DNA from: Phoronis australis
Lineage: Eukaryota; Animalia; Phoronida
Length of the DNA: 64,000 bases
Direction of reading: 5' to 3'
Assembly: GCA_002633005.1 (NCBI GenBank)
Contig: NMRA01000491.1
Coordinates: forward strand, 141,321 to 205,320
In this document: positions 11,858 to 24,347 of the stretch, piece by piece
Layout: each line of letters opens with the position of its first letter
How positions within the stretch are numbered: position 1 is the first letter of the stretch
Notes under the pieces: model-generated
What the model was told of the DNA's origin: nothing
The model's database searches: none
Seen by the model: the letters and a program-made list of their open reading frames with translations, nothing else
Position numbers and translations under genes: made by a program

Positions 11858-12934
11858 CTTTGCTAAAATGCAGCCATAAACAATGAAGCGGACCCGAGGT
11901 GGTAACATACAGAAATCCTAAGCACCAGCATTTTAGCGGTGGGATGACAAAACCGCATTAACTTTGGACACAAAGAATTGCTAAAATTGACCTTTTTCCT
12001 TGCTCAACAGCTAGTAGCATTGCCGCAAACACAGTGTCTCCAAACTTTGTCTAGAAGTGGTTAGAACAACCTCGAAGTGGAGTTGACAGTGAGTTGGAAT
12101 TAAAGGTAGTGTGAGACTGTATCAACTAGTCTGTGTATTCGAGTTTACAATCTACAAAACTACAGAATATAAAGTGTTCCTGAAAGTAGAAAGCCTGCAG
12201 ATTTTTGACTTAATATCAACCTGCCATTAATTGGACAACACGACCAATTTTTTTAATAACATTTAGCCAAAAGAAATTGAAAACAGAATAACGGTATCAA
12301 TAATGAAACTTTGTGCGATATAAATCCATAAGATGAAACATAGAAAACACTGTTACAATTTTCTAAATTATCTATTTATTTTCATTTTATGCAACTTTGA
12401 GTTTTTTGTAAAAGTCCAAAGTGAAAGTTCCTATTTTTGATAGCTACTCATGCCGAATGCTTTGAAAACAATTCTCAAACAACATTTTTAGAGAACAGTG
12501 CATAAACTGAAATATCTGAAAGTTTTCTTTAAATCCGATCAACCATCTCTGAAATAGGATGCTCCAAAGCTAACTTGGACATTTTTCTAAGGTTATGTAA
12601 AACTTTAAAATTATACCAAAATGTTAATTAGGTGTAACATGTTTTATAATGCAAAAAAAGAAAAAGTAAATTTCCATTTTCCACTGTGTCCTAAATTGAT
12701 GAGATTTTACTGTAAGAGGATTTATGATAAAATTTCACCAATTTAGGACAGTACATGGCAGACGAAAATGTTATTCATGAAAGATAACAAGGGCCAAATA
12801 AATGCAGTACTACAGCTATTACTGGACAATGTTTTGAAACAATGTGGCCATTTAATACATTGTCAGAAGCCTTTGAAACACGAAAAATGATCTTCTAACA
12901 GTTTCGTCAAGACGGTGAATAACAATAATAAACA

Positions 12935-13180
12935 CCGAGAAATACATTTTGCCATCCAACCAAGAGATAAATACCCACAGAAATTTTTTACGTCTACCCT
13001 TTCCGATGTCTTCCTCGGTGCATACTAGGTGGTGCTGAGTCTATATCCACCTTAGTCAGGTTTCATGAGTGACTTCTCTTTCCACCTAGTATGCACTGAG
13101 GAAGACATCAGGAAGAACAGATGTCAAAAATTTCAGCAGGTTTTTACTACTTTTTGGATGGAAAAAATGAATTTCCCTGA
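12935..13180. mobile_element. About 245-bp imperfect palindrome, Penelope-like terminal-repeat remnant with decayed hammerhead motifs
   Basis: Arms of about 95 bp (12937-13032 and 13082-13177) are inverted copies. The right arm reads CTGAGGA-A-gacatc-loop-gatgtc-AAAA. Confidence 0.55.
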
Positions 13181-13460
13181 GTCACTGAAATATGATAAAT
13201 TTGGCATTATTGGCAATTATTTTTATCCGAAATAGGTGAAATTTTACAGCAATCTTGGTGTGACTGTCAAAAAATGAGACCAAGCACACGGGGAACAATG
13301 TAAAGTCCTAACTCTAAATTGGAAATGAAGAAAATGCAGGCCTGGCATCCAGGCAGGGTGGAACTTCAAGAAGCAGTCACAACACGACTCGTGCAGAAGT
13401 GCACTTGAGAACACAAGAGAAGAACAAGCTATTCCATCAGTTCATGTCGGTAACCATCGA

Positions 13461-13545
13461 ATATAACGTGCTCGCATTTTGAGAACCATTTTTTCCACTG
13501 AAGAACGGGCATCAAACTGGTTCTCAAAATGTGGCCACACAATAT
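13461..13545. mobile_element. Small palindromic MITE (ttttgagaacc family)
   Basis: attttgagaacc...aaactggttctcaaaat inverted core. Confidence 0.65.
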
Positions 13546-14113
13546 CCGACTATTCATGTTCAAGACTATGTAGCAGCAAACATAGATTCACATTCAATTA
13601 CTATATTCAATTGGCTAGTTAACCCTGTGTAATTGATAGCCTTCATCAACATACATACTAGGGTCCCCATATCTCTTGCCTGAGGATGACTGATGCTGTG
13701 CTTATACAAAGCTTGTACAGACATAACAATAATAGCCTATTAGCATCCTTTATTTAAGGCCAAACTAGAATTCACATTCTGCTGGTTACTGTTAGGCCAA
13801 GGCATAGATTAAATACAAATAAGTATTTAATCTATGAGCAAGGTTTTCTGAAACTCAGTTATAAAATAAATTTCACCAATTCATGAAGGACAAGTGAAAT
13901 TTTATTATTTTCATTTTTTCAACAAGTTCTCTGCCATAGTTACCGTACACAATATTTTGAGAAATTGTAGACATTCAAAACAATGGTATCTAGAAGTGTT
14001 TGAAAATTTGACAATTATGAAGTTTTACCATACTACAGACATGGCTTGCACACTGAACATTTTCTGAGACGCGACTCTTAATTCAGTTCACTGAGCCAGT
14101 GTGTGTCACTTAC

Positions 14114-14220
14114 GTGAAGTTTCTTGAGCAATAGGGCGTCTGTTGAGCTTTGTTTTGAAGCCTTCCAGAACTGTTTTTGAGCAGAGTATCTACTCATAGG
14201 GCAGATCTTGAACAAGCAGT
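14114..14220 (-). CDS. ITPR: Inositol 1,4,5-trisphosphate receptor, third coding exon (gene continues left of the window)
   Basis: ag|(D)[35 protein letters not shown]|gtaagt, 107 nt, phase 1-0. Near-identical to the IP3R suppressor-domain sequence [21 protein letters not shown]. Confidence 0.96.
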
Positions 14221-14229
14221 CTGCAAACA

Positions 14230-14750
14230 TCACAGAGAAGAAATGGTGGTTTGTTGAACATTGATTATCAAACAGGAAATAGTGAACAGTGGTGTGATAA
14301 ACAACGATCAAGACATAGGAAATAATGAACAGTGGACTGTTGAACATTGGTCAACACACAGGAAATAATGAACAACGGCCTGTTGAATATATGTCAACAC
14401 ACAGGAAACAGTGGTCTGTTGAACACTGGTCAAGACACAGGAAATGATGAACAGGGTCTCATGAACATTGGGCAACACACAGAAAATAGTGACCTGTGGT
14501 CTGTTCAACATTGATGAAGACACAAGAAATAATAAGCAGTGGTCTGTTGAACATTGGTCAACACACAGGAGAACAATGGTCTGTTGAATATTGGTCAGCA
14601 CACAGGAAATAGTGAACAGTGGTCTGCTGAACACTAGTCAACATACAGGAAATAGTGAACAGTGGATTGTTGAACACTGGTCAGCACATAGGTACTAGTG
14701 AACAGTGGACTAAACAACACACAGACATAATGAAAAAGTGGACTGCTGAA
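14230..14750. repeat. About 43-bp minisatellite (some 35-bp units), about 12 copies
   Basis: caacacacaggaaatagtgaacagtggtctgttgaacattggt-like units. Explains ORF 14308..14634. Confidence 0.9.
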
Positions 14751-16048
14751 TAATGATTAAAAACTAAACTGCTCAAATTCTTGGGGGGTTAGGGTGTTAC
14801 AATAACTGCTCAGATTGGCAGCATGAGCCACATCAGTCAACATTATGAATTTCCATAGTATCTAGCAGTGACAAGACTACCAGGATTAAAAGCTACACTC
14901 TGGACATTCAGTTGTGCAATAAGTTTGGGGATTCAAACAAATTTTGCTCCTCAAGCAAACAAATCAACCCAAAACAGAGGCCCTGGATTTCTGCGATAAC
15001 AAAAAATGGACAGAATTCGTTTACTTCAGTAATAGATGCCTGATTTTATTTACTTTTGGTTTATAATTATTGTAAATTAAAACATTAATACATCCATCCA
15101 CAGCCAATTCTAAACATACTTTTCTTAATCAACAATCGTTTCAAAGCAGGCACATTCAAGCAGTTTCACCTATGTTCTGAAGGAGATGCTGTTCTTTTTA
15201 CGGTTTCTGTTAGCTGAGAAACCGGGCTACAGCACGTTATCATAACGATCTGTAGCCTAAGTGTTCAGATAGCAGAAGAATAGGAAAGATTTTTGTATTC
15301 AGCTTACAGAGTCCACAGTGCCAAAGGCACATGTAATACAAGGGTTGTGCTGAGACTTGGTTAGCTGAGTCATACTTTTTGTTGTCACCTTTATGCTAAA
15401 CACACTTTAAGAACATAAAAACATAATACTAGTTTCTGGATTCAAGAAATTACTCTGAGTAGAAATTATATGGCAGAAATTTAGCACCAGAAAACTGTTT
15501 GCGCAACTGGGGAGAACCAATGTCTTCAAGATGGATGTCTTCAAGATGTTGGTTTCAGCTCAGATAGAAGTCCCAGCAAGCACTTCACAATGAAAATTCT
15601 CTGATAAGGCATCAACAGAGAATTTATTATTAACTCAGCCCCTATCCATCACTAAGTAAAGTGGCTGATGTACCAGATGCATCTCAGTAACCCAAATGGC
15701 TGCAAGTCCTGATTATGTTTGCCAGCGTTTTGTGGAACTCAGCACAATATACCTATGCAACACCATTGCAGTTCAACAAAGTTAAATTTTCAAATAAAAT
15801 AATAATTGCACTGCATCTTTATCCAAATTCACAGACATTTAAAACGGGCTCTCTAGGATGACAACGACTCTTCAAATTATTGTAAATGGACAGAATTCAC
15901 GCAGTAAAACATGCTGCAGCTTATCATTCATAAAAAAAGAAAAAATACAACTTTGACTTTTAACATAAACTTATTGCACATTCAGTTCACAAAACATGAA
16001 TAAAACAAGATTTATGAGATATGATTACACAAAGTCAAAGAATCTCAC

Positions 16049-16119
16049 CTCTGAACTTCTTGGGAGGGTCTTGAAGATCACCAGTCTCTGGTTGGACAAC
16101 ACACCTGTCATCAATCAAC
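16049..16119 (-). CDS. ITPR: Inositol 1,4,5-trisphosphate receptor, second coding exon
   Basis: cag|(G)[23 protein letters not shown](D)|gtgag, 71 nt, phase 2-1. Matches IP3[25 protein letters not shown], and the phases fit both neighbouring exons. Confidence 0.96.
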
Positions 16120-16204
16120 CTGCCAGGTAAGAACAGACACAAATGAAAACAGAACAACTCATCTAATAGTGACAACATTCAACCAGAGGAGAAACTAGCA
16201 ACAA

Positions 16205-17648
16205 CACGGGTGAGAAACAACATGACCGCCGGTCCTCTAAATCGGATTGACTCACCCAAAACAGGACCTCCGGGAATCAAATGGGACCTCCGCACCAGAA
16301 AATGGGACTGACGCACCTAAAAACATGACTGCCCCACCGCAAAACAGGACCGCCGGGGACTGAACATGACCGCCGGACAAAATGTAGTTATCAAGACCTT
16401 TGTATGATATTGCGCGTTATGACGTAACCGGTCAGCTAGCTGTGAAAAGACTCGCCAAAATAAAACTTGGTAGCACTGCGTTATTGAGCTCCCGTTACAT
16501 CCCCGAAATTTCCCACAGCCCGGGTATAGTTCTGCTCGTCACCTAGTCACGTGAAACTTATATCAACAAGTAGAGCTAGCGAGCGGAGCAGGCGCATGCA
16601 AAATCTAGGAGTCAATCAACACTCACCTTGCAGGTTGCAGCCGCTTGAGTAAAAACAATCTAATGAAACCATTTGTTTGCCTATTGTAACAAAAGTTTGT
16701 TGCGCTTGTGACATGAACACGCGCCATTTCCTAAAATTTTGCGACATCTTTCAGAAGATGATGACTCAACTAAGCAGCAGCACCGATTTGTTATGAAATT
16801 CAGTTTGCTGGTATTAAAATACTAAAAACTTACGGCGAAATGAAGCCAGTTCCGATAATTTGTTGTGCCGCGTACGCAACGTAGAAGAAGAGAAGAAGAG
16901 TTGACTGAAGAATCTTTGAAAAAATGAACTGGTCAATGTTAGCCGACCTAAAAGAACGCATCTCAAGCAGAATAACAACAGAACGACAAATTTTCCCGGC
17001 GAGCGCCGATAAATAATTTAATTTACTCTAGGAAGAGTGTCGTTAGTAACACTAATTCGGTGAAGATTTTATATGTGCAGTGTTTTACCCACATCGGCGC
17101 CAAGTATATTTAGTATACTGCTTTGCCGCACAAAGGCTAGTTATGATGCTTCATCCAAGAACCAGAACGCCCGTTTTAAGTTTTTTTTCTTGACTAAAAT
17201 GTCACATTGGAGAAAACAATTTTCATTTTGTTCTAAAACTTACGCAGTGGATAAAGTTAAAATTATTTACCTCAAAAGCGTGCAGCGTGGTTGGTTTGTG
17301 GTTAAAACTCAAAAGCGCCGCGTGTTACAAAGCAAAGTGTCCAGTAGCGCACAAAAGATTTCGTTGGATTAATTGGCACAAGACCTGCATATGCATACCT
17401 ATTATAGCTCCATTGTATGATCTGTGTAGGCCTACCGATAATAAATCTTAGCTTGTTTGTCATTGCGGTTTCAATCCCTGGCGGTCATATCAGTCCCTGG
17501 CGGTCCTGTTTTCTGGTGGGGCGATCATGTTTTAGGTGCGTCAGTCCCATTTTCTGGTGCGACGGTCCCATTTGATCCCCGGACGTCCTGTTTTGGGTGA
17601 GTCGGTCCGATTTAAGAGGACCGGCGGTCATGTTGTTTCTCACCCGTG
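16205..17648. mobile_element. Non-autonomous DNA transposon, 1444 bp, about 170-bp TIRs, CAC...GTG ends, 5-bp TSD AACAA
   Basis: cacgggtgagaaacaacatgaccgccgg... at the left and ...ccggcggtcatgttgtttctcacccgtg at the right. aacaa at 16200-16204 and 17649-17653. Confidence 0.92.
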
Positions 17649-18119
17649 AACAAGCATCTTCATACCAGGCTCACAAGAGTGGCAAAAGCCCGTTAACAGT
17701 TTCCAGAAGTGAAAAAACAAAAAATGCCAGGTTTAGCAAGACAGATGTTCAAAAACAGCTAGTTTGTTCATTGAACTGATTTAATTTTTACAGAAGAAAT
17801 GTCAAGCACATACACTCACTAAAATAAATTGAGAGAAAAGCACAATCTTTCTTCCCCAGTGTAAGTGTGTCCTGTGACTGTGGTTTAAGGATAATTAAAC
17901 CAGGTGCAAATTGCCAACTAAAGGAACAGCAGTGCAACTATTTGCGTTTTCCCAACTAGAAACAGTGATGTAATTTTATAGACAGTTTTTGAATTGGGAA
18001 TTGGTGATTTTACAAGTTTCTTTGTTTCATAACCAACAAAGTAATATTGCTACTTCCTGTAGATCTTTGAAATGGTAATGTTAAAGTGCCTGAGAAGAGA
18101 AGGCCCTAGTTTTCCCTGC

Positions 18120-18425
18120 GGGGAAGGTGCCTGTGTCTTCTGAGAGGGGAATTTTTTGGGGTGAGGGGAAAATTCTACGATCATCATCAATAGCACTCCC
18201 ACCGTGCTGCAAGCCTTCACAGGCTCTGCCTCAAGTAGCCAAAACCAACATTCTGCGCTCTTTCAAATAGTCAACTATGTGAGTTACAAATGATTTAAAC
18301 TTCAAGAGCAATTTTTGGGCCTCACAAGTGGAATTTCGCGTGTTTTTTCAATATATTTTTGGGGAGGAATGAGGTAGATATTCGGCCCTGAAACCGAGGG
18401 ATTGAGGGCCCTTCCTGAGCCCATG
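18120..18425. repeat. Interspersed repeat (inverted homologue at 63420-63760)
   Basis: caagccttcacaggctctgcctcaagtagc and gagggattgagggcc match the reverse complement of 63420-63660. Confidence 0.65.
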
Positions 18426-19056
18426 CTCCTACCCAGTGTTAATCAGTTTGTAAATCACACATGTTAGCATTGCTTATATTGCACCAAAACACTAGGGATC
18501 AAGTGGAGGTTGGACAATGCTAGAGGCATCTACATAGTGCCAACTTGAGAAAGTCTTGCTTAAAGTTGGTGAGTTGAATGTTTAAGTCTTAGTTATCACA
18601 GCAAAATGCTACATCAAAACAGATGTCATACAGTTATTAGAATTGAAGACTTATGTACATGCTCCAGTGTACTGCAGATCATGATGTAATTAATATCTCA
18701 GACCACAATCCTCCGAATGAGTTAGCATCATGCGGTAAAGTGTGACACAATAGCTATTGAACATCACATGATATAATGATCAAATCAACTTAATTTCTGG
18801 ACAGATATCACATTTATTAAAATGTCACAACACTCCCCATATGAAAACCAGACACTATCAATTTGTACAAAAGTGTACTGTCAAGAATGTAGAATTCGAA
18901 CTAAGTGACATAAAGTGATCAGCAATACAAAAATCCAAAATGGATTCCGCAACTCCTTTGAGAAAAGACAAAATGGTACAGGTTTTGATTTCATACCTAC
19001 AATCTACAAGCTTAGTGCCCATGGTGCACTTCTCCCATTTCATTGGTACACAACAA

Positions 19057-22040
19057 CAGGGCTCGACATAACGAGCTGCAGGTCGCATTTGCGACCTGAA
19101 ATTTGGAAGTGCGAGCTGAGATTTTTGCAAGCTCGTATCAAGTCGCAAAATGAGACCTAAAATTTCCAACGTAAGCGAGCAGATACCTGGCAAATATAAA
19201 GCAACTTTTATGAATCTGACCGTTATTTGGTTGTTGCTAAATCAAGTTCAAAAGAACACTAACAGAGAACAGTCCTCCCGATGACTTGTAAGCGTGTCGC
19301 TTGAACACATCAATGATATAATGCACAATACATCTTTGACGCGTTTCACTGGCTAACACTTTCGACTACTTTTGCAAATTTTCAGATGTGCCAGGGCTCA
19401 ACATAACGAGCTGCAGGTCGCATTTGTGACCTGAAATTTGGAAATGCTAGCTGAGATTTTTGTCAGCTCGTATCAAGTCGCAAAATGCGACCTGGAATTT
19501 ACAAAGAATGCGAGCTGAGTTGTTACACTTCTCATCAGATACCTGGCAACTATGAAGCAACTCTCGTTAATCCGACCCTTATTTGGTTGTTGCCAAATCC
19601 AAGTTCAAAAGAACACTGACCGAGAACTGCCCGATCCCGATGACTTGTAAGCAAGTCGCATGGGATATGCAGAATTGATCTTTGACGCATTTCATTGACT
19701 AACATTTTCGGCCACTTAAGCAAATTTCCGAAAGTTTCGGGCCACTGCATAACACGTGATAGAATGTCTCAAAACGTCTATCCACGTCAATATCCCTGAT
19801 ATCACTGCACTGCGGAAATGTCGGTCCCGTTGTTAGCATGCAAGCGGTCCTGACAGACAATCGTGACTTAGAGATGTGCGTCTCACTTTTATCGAAAAAG
19901 ACAGCCAAATTAAAAATGGTAACCCTATTAATCACTAAACAACGGCTATGTCTGGGGCTCGAACTTCTGGACCTCGCACTATGGGGAGCTAACGGTGGAC
20001 TAAAAAAAGCGAAGCCGTTTGCGCAGGCCATCGGGCATGTGCTATAGGGTCTGTGCCCCCACTCAGCTGCATGTTAAGTACAGGGATTACTTAGTGGACT
20101 CAATTTCCTCGCGCTCTTCCTGTTTTATTTTTTGCCAGCAGCAAAGGGGGAGGGGCAGGCCCCCCTAAATCCGTCTATGACTTGTTTCTGGGGCTACTTG
20201 GAAGGTATTGATGAGTAAACTTCCCGTTACCTGATGGAAACCCAAACCGAGGCAGTCGCCAGGAATTATTTCGAGGCTATTCATTTCATGGAAAACTAAT
20301 TGTTGAGTACGTAATCAGCATAAGTACCACATTTTTGCTGCAAAATTTGCTCTGAATTGTTCCCGCGCATCCAAATTAGGTCATTCGGTTAGGGCATCGT
20401 TTCACGGATATTTTTTCGACAGATGTTTTTCCAACGTGGAATAAGTTGCAAAATTTGGGCTGCGAACAAAAAGTGGAGGGAATTTGCACTCCGAGTTAGT
20501 TGGAATCTTTAACGACTTTGATGATACCCAGTAGCAGGTCAGACCTAGCAAAATCCTGGATACTTCATCATCTGGCATTTTCTCCCATTTTACATCTCAA
20601 ACTTAGCTACTCGAATGCACGTGTCAGTTAGAGAGCACTCATTCAACTTTCACGTCGGAAACTTGCCTTGCGCTCTACAGCTTTTCAATGACGGTCGTGA
20701 AGAACAGTAACGCCATAGGCTACCTACATGAACGAAGTCAATTTTGCGATCTGAAATTTGTGAATAATTAACGCTGCAGGTAAGAGCATAACCTAAACAT
20801 TTTCTCGATGATCCAAAAATCAATGGTGGGAAAATTTTGCGACTTATTATTTACGAATGCGAGCTGGATTTTGAAAATGCAACCTGGGATTTTGGCTGGG
20901 TTGCATACTGCGACCTGGCGATTTTAATAGCGTTGAGCCGTGTGCCGAAGAAAGTTTCGGACCACGGCATACATGTGATAAAATGTCAAAGAACAGCAAT
21001 GCTTCTATTAATTCTTAAACAATCAAAAACATTTATTTTACATGTACGATGTCCTTATTATTGAATATCTACGACAATAACCCTGATGATCGCACTGCGG
21101 CACTGTTCAGTCTTGTTAGCGCGTGCAAACATGAAAATTACAACCCTATTAATCGCCGAATGACGCTAACATCTTTACTTTCAGCAGTTTTGAGTCACCC
21201 AAAAATTCTCAAGCCCTTTACTTGTTTCTGGGGCTACGTGCGTGACATGTGAGACGCCTGTCACATGTTGTTGCCAACATGTAGGCCAAAGAGAACAGCA
21301 ATAGTCCTAAACGAAAGAGTATACCAGCTTGGCTCTGTTAAGCACCCGCATGGTAATGGTTGATTTGACAAAGAACTTAATAGATTCCAGGCTGTTATAA
21401 AAAACCCGATGCTTTACGATATTCCCCGGGGACGATATAGCAAGCTATTGCAACTAAACGGCTAGATGCAAAATTGTGGTTAGTGAACTTTTTGTTCTTC
21501 TCTTCATATACATCCCCTCCGCCAATTTTTCCCTTCCCCGACCTCGCCGTAAAATTTTTCAGAGTCCAATAGAAAGAATCTTGTTCCGACTGAAGCAGGC
21601 AATTAAAAAGCAAAATTATTCCAGATGACTGCGAACAAAAAATGAGGGAGAGTTACTTTGAATCTTTAACGACTTTGATGACAGTCATATAGCAGGTCAG
21701 ACCCAACAAAATTGCAGAAACTTTTTCAGAGAGTACTTTCTCCCTTTTCACATTGCAAACTTAGCTACTCGAATGCACGTATCGGTTAGAGAGCCCCGAT
21801 TCACCTTTCACGTCGGCACCTAGCTCTGAGCTCTAGATCCTTTCAATGGCAATTATGAAGAACAATAACGCTGTATCTGCATGTAAGAACTCAATTTTGC
21901 GACCTGAAATTTGTGAGAAATTAATGTCGCAAGACCATAAACTAACTAGCATTTTCTTGAGGATCTAAAAAATCAATTTTGGCGCGTAAAAATGATGGAA
22001 AAATTTTTGCGACCTGGCATTTATAAATGCGACCTGGACC
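19057..22040. mobile_element. CAGGGC-ended (hAT-like) non-autonomous element, outer copy, interrupted by a copy of the same family
   Basis: Begins cagggctcgacataacgagctgcaggtcgc. Segments 19057-19391 and 20946 to about 22040 align with the reverse complement of 25200-27386. The right end is decayed. Confidence 0.75.
19392..20940. mobile_element. Same family, inner nested copy with 5-bp TSD TGTGC
   Basis: cagggctcaacataacgagc...ttttaatagcgttgagccg (right TIR lacks 2 nt). tgtgc at 19387-19391 and 20941-20945. Confidence 0.75.
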
Positions 22041-22550
22041 AAATATTGGAAAACCTAGACGACCTATTAGCTTGGTATGTGATCTACATACTACCTGACA
22101 TGCTGTAAGATGACTAGAATGTTGCATTTTTGGCCTGGAAGGCCCACTGATGCAATGTCCTTGACAACCAACCCATAACTCCTTGACAACCAAGCTGTTT
22201 GAATATGTCCAGTTCCTCACTGGGTCACAAGGTGAAGTGTGCTTTTAAATGAGATTGTTTATATTATGATGTGGGACTAAGCAAGCCAATCAGCAGATTA
22301 TAACAATAAGATGGTTCAAGACATTAATCAGCAAATATTTCTCTCTTGTCTTAACAACCATTGAATGATGCACTTGCCATTGCCTTAATTAATGACCACA
22401 GTTCTATGCTCATCTACACTAGAGACATTTTCAGCACACTGAACCAAACAAGGATAACAGCTGACTGAGCTGAGCCAAACCAACATTCTATGAATGGAGA
22501 AAGGTGGATACAAGGGGCTGTATCCATAACACGTGATAAAAACTGTACAT

Positions 22551-22840
22551 TTAGGGACAGCGAAAAATTAGTTATTTTGGTCAAGGTCGGAGCTCGTGAC
22601 AATATTTCGACATTCGCAATACTGGCCATCCCAAATTCACGGATCACGAGAAAGACGAATTTTGCATTGGCAGCTATTTCCAATGATTTTGTATCCTAGA
22701 CTTTGTTGATACAAAATGCAGTGTCCAATATTTAAGAAATATGACAAACGCCAAAATTACCCATATCGCAACCTTCAGAATCAAGAAAATTCAAGTTTAG
22801 CTCGAATTTCAGTGTCCTAGATTTTAGAGACTGTCCCAAA
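22551..22840. mobile_element. MITE with short TIR (ttagggacag / ctgtcccaaa), possibly PIF/Harbinger-type
   Basis: Short inverted termini. Its 3' half recurs at about 23860-24048. Confidence 0.5.
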
Positions 22841-24253
22841 CTGGAGAATTTTACCGAAAAAATTACCACAACAGAACGCCATCTTGGTAGACAGCAGCAT
22901 TAGGATATTTCGACAGCGTGGGATAGCAGAGACTAACTTGTTTTAAAAATTCCACGCTACAACCACTAGAACTCATACAGCCTACGATGTTAAAATGTGA
23001 CACAGATCAGTTTCATAGTGTTTCGTTGTTGAGTATAGAAATTCGGGAATCAGTTGAACACGGAGTTGAACAAAGACAGTGGCTAAGAATTGCAGGCCAT
23101 TTACCAGACATGAGTGCTTCCTCTCAAGTGACAGCCAACAAGTGATTTGACAACCGCCAAGTACTGCCCATAAGTGGCCACGTGACATAAAATGCCTGCC
23201 AGTACCCCGACGAAGGGCCCAGGACAGCCTCGAAAGATGAAATGTTCAAGAAAATGGATCGTAATTTAATAAACCCTCTTTTATAAGGTGGTCTCTTTCC
23301 TCAAGCAAAAAGGGCGAAAAAAATGATCAACCCCTTTTATAATAAGAATTGTTAGGGAATAAATCAGCTATTCTGAAGAGACTCACAGTAAGATATTTCA
23401 AATTAACTAAAAAGGATGGTTGAAATGCCCTAAAGTTATCAGTTGTCAATATCAGTTTGAAATTATTACAGTTTTGCATTTCCCAGATCCAGTGACAAGC
23501 TTACCAGGATGAAAATTCCACAGAAAATAACCAGAGGCATGCATGTCATTACTTGTCTCTCAATACCCAACTTTGGAGTCTGAATTTGAAAAAGATTTCT
23601 CTGTTTTGCATAAGTGATTAAAATAAATTTGGACTGTCCCCTGAACGACATGACCTAGAAAGCTGTCAAATGTTTAGCCAAGCTGACTTGACAGCAGTAA
23701 ATGGTAAAAATTCTTCAGTTTAATAGCCTTGCTCAAGGTCAGACCTTGTACCAAATTTTGGAAACAGGCAGGACAGGCTGTCTCAAATTCAAGAAGTACG
23801 ATCAATGGAAAAACTATCATTTATGTCCATGTCAATGTCACACACTGTGGGATGCATGAACATGTTGTCCTTGCGGATATTTTCGATGATTTTTATGAGT
23901 TGACAAGTCCATTTTCAGACACAGCATGAAATGCAAATATTTTGAGAAATATGATAAATGCCAAAACTGCCCTTATCCCAATCTTCAGAATCAAAAACAA
24001 TAAATTTTGGTTTGATTTTCAAAGTCCCAAATTTTAGAGAATGTCCCTGGTGATTTTTTACCGTATTTAAAGTTTGGTCATTGCATTTTTTCTAGAATTT
24101 TCAATTAAAGTTTAGTACAGGATCAGCAGCACGTACATCAGGTGGGGCTAGCGGTCACCACTGGAAGCTGGTTTAAATTATTCTCTGAATATCGTAGACT
24201 GTTTTGTTAACTTTCTGGTTTTACAAGTTAGGTGTAGTAGCTAGCCACAGTTT

Positions 24254-24347
24254 GTACAGGGTGTAATAAAATGATCTGGCCCACTGGTACAGGGTGTCAT
24301 AAAATGATCTGGCCCACTGGTACAGGTGTGACAAAATGATCTGGCCA
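24254..24347. repeat. About 32-33-bp tandem repeat, 3 copies
   Basis: gtacagggtgtcataaaatgatctggcccactg units. Confidence 0.85.

Noticed and set aside
1-14113. Next ITPR exon (HAAxLEKKQNE...IQYG)
   Set aside because: Not found by eye; it presumably lies left of the window.
14230-14750. 43-bp array as a CRISPR array or coding repeat
   Set aside because: No spacers; degenerate tandem units; intronic.
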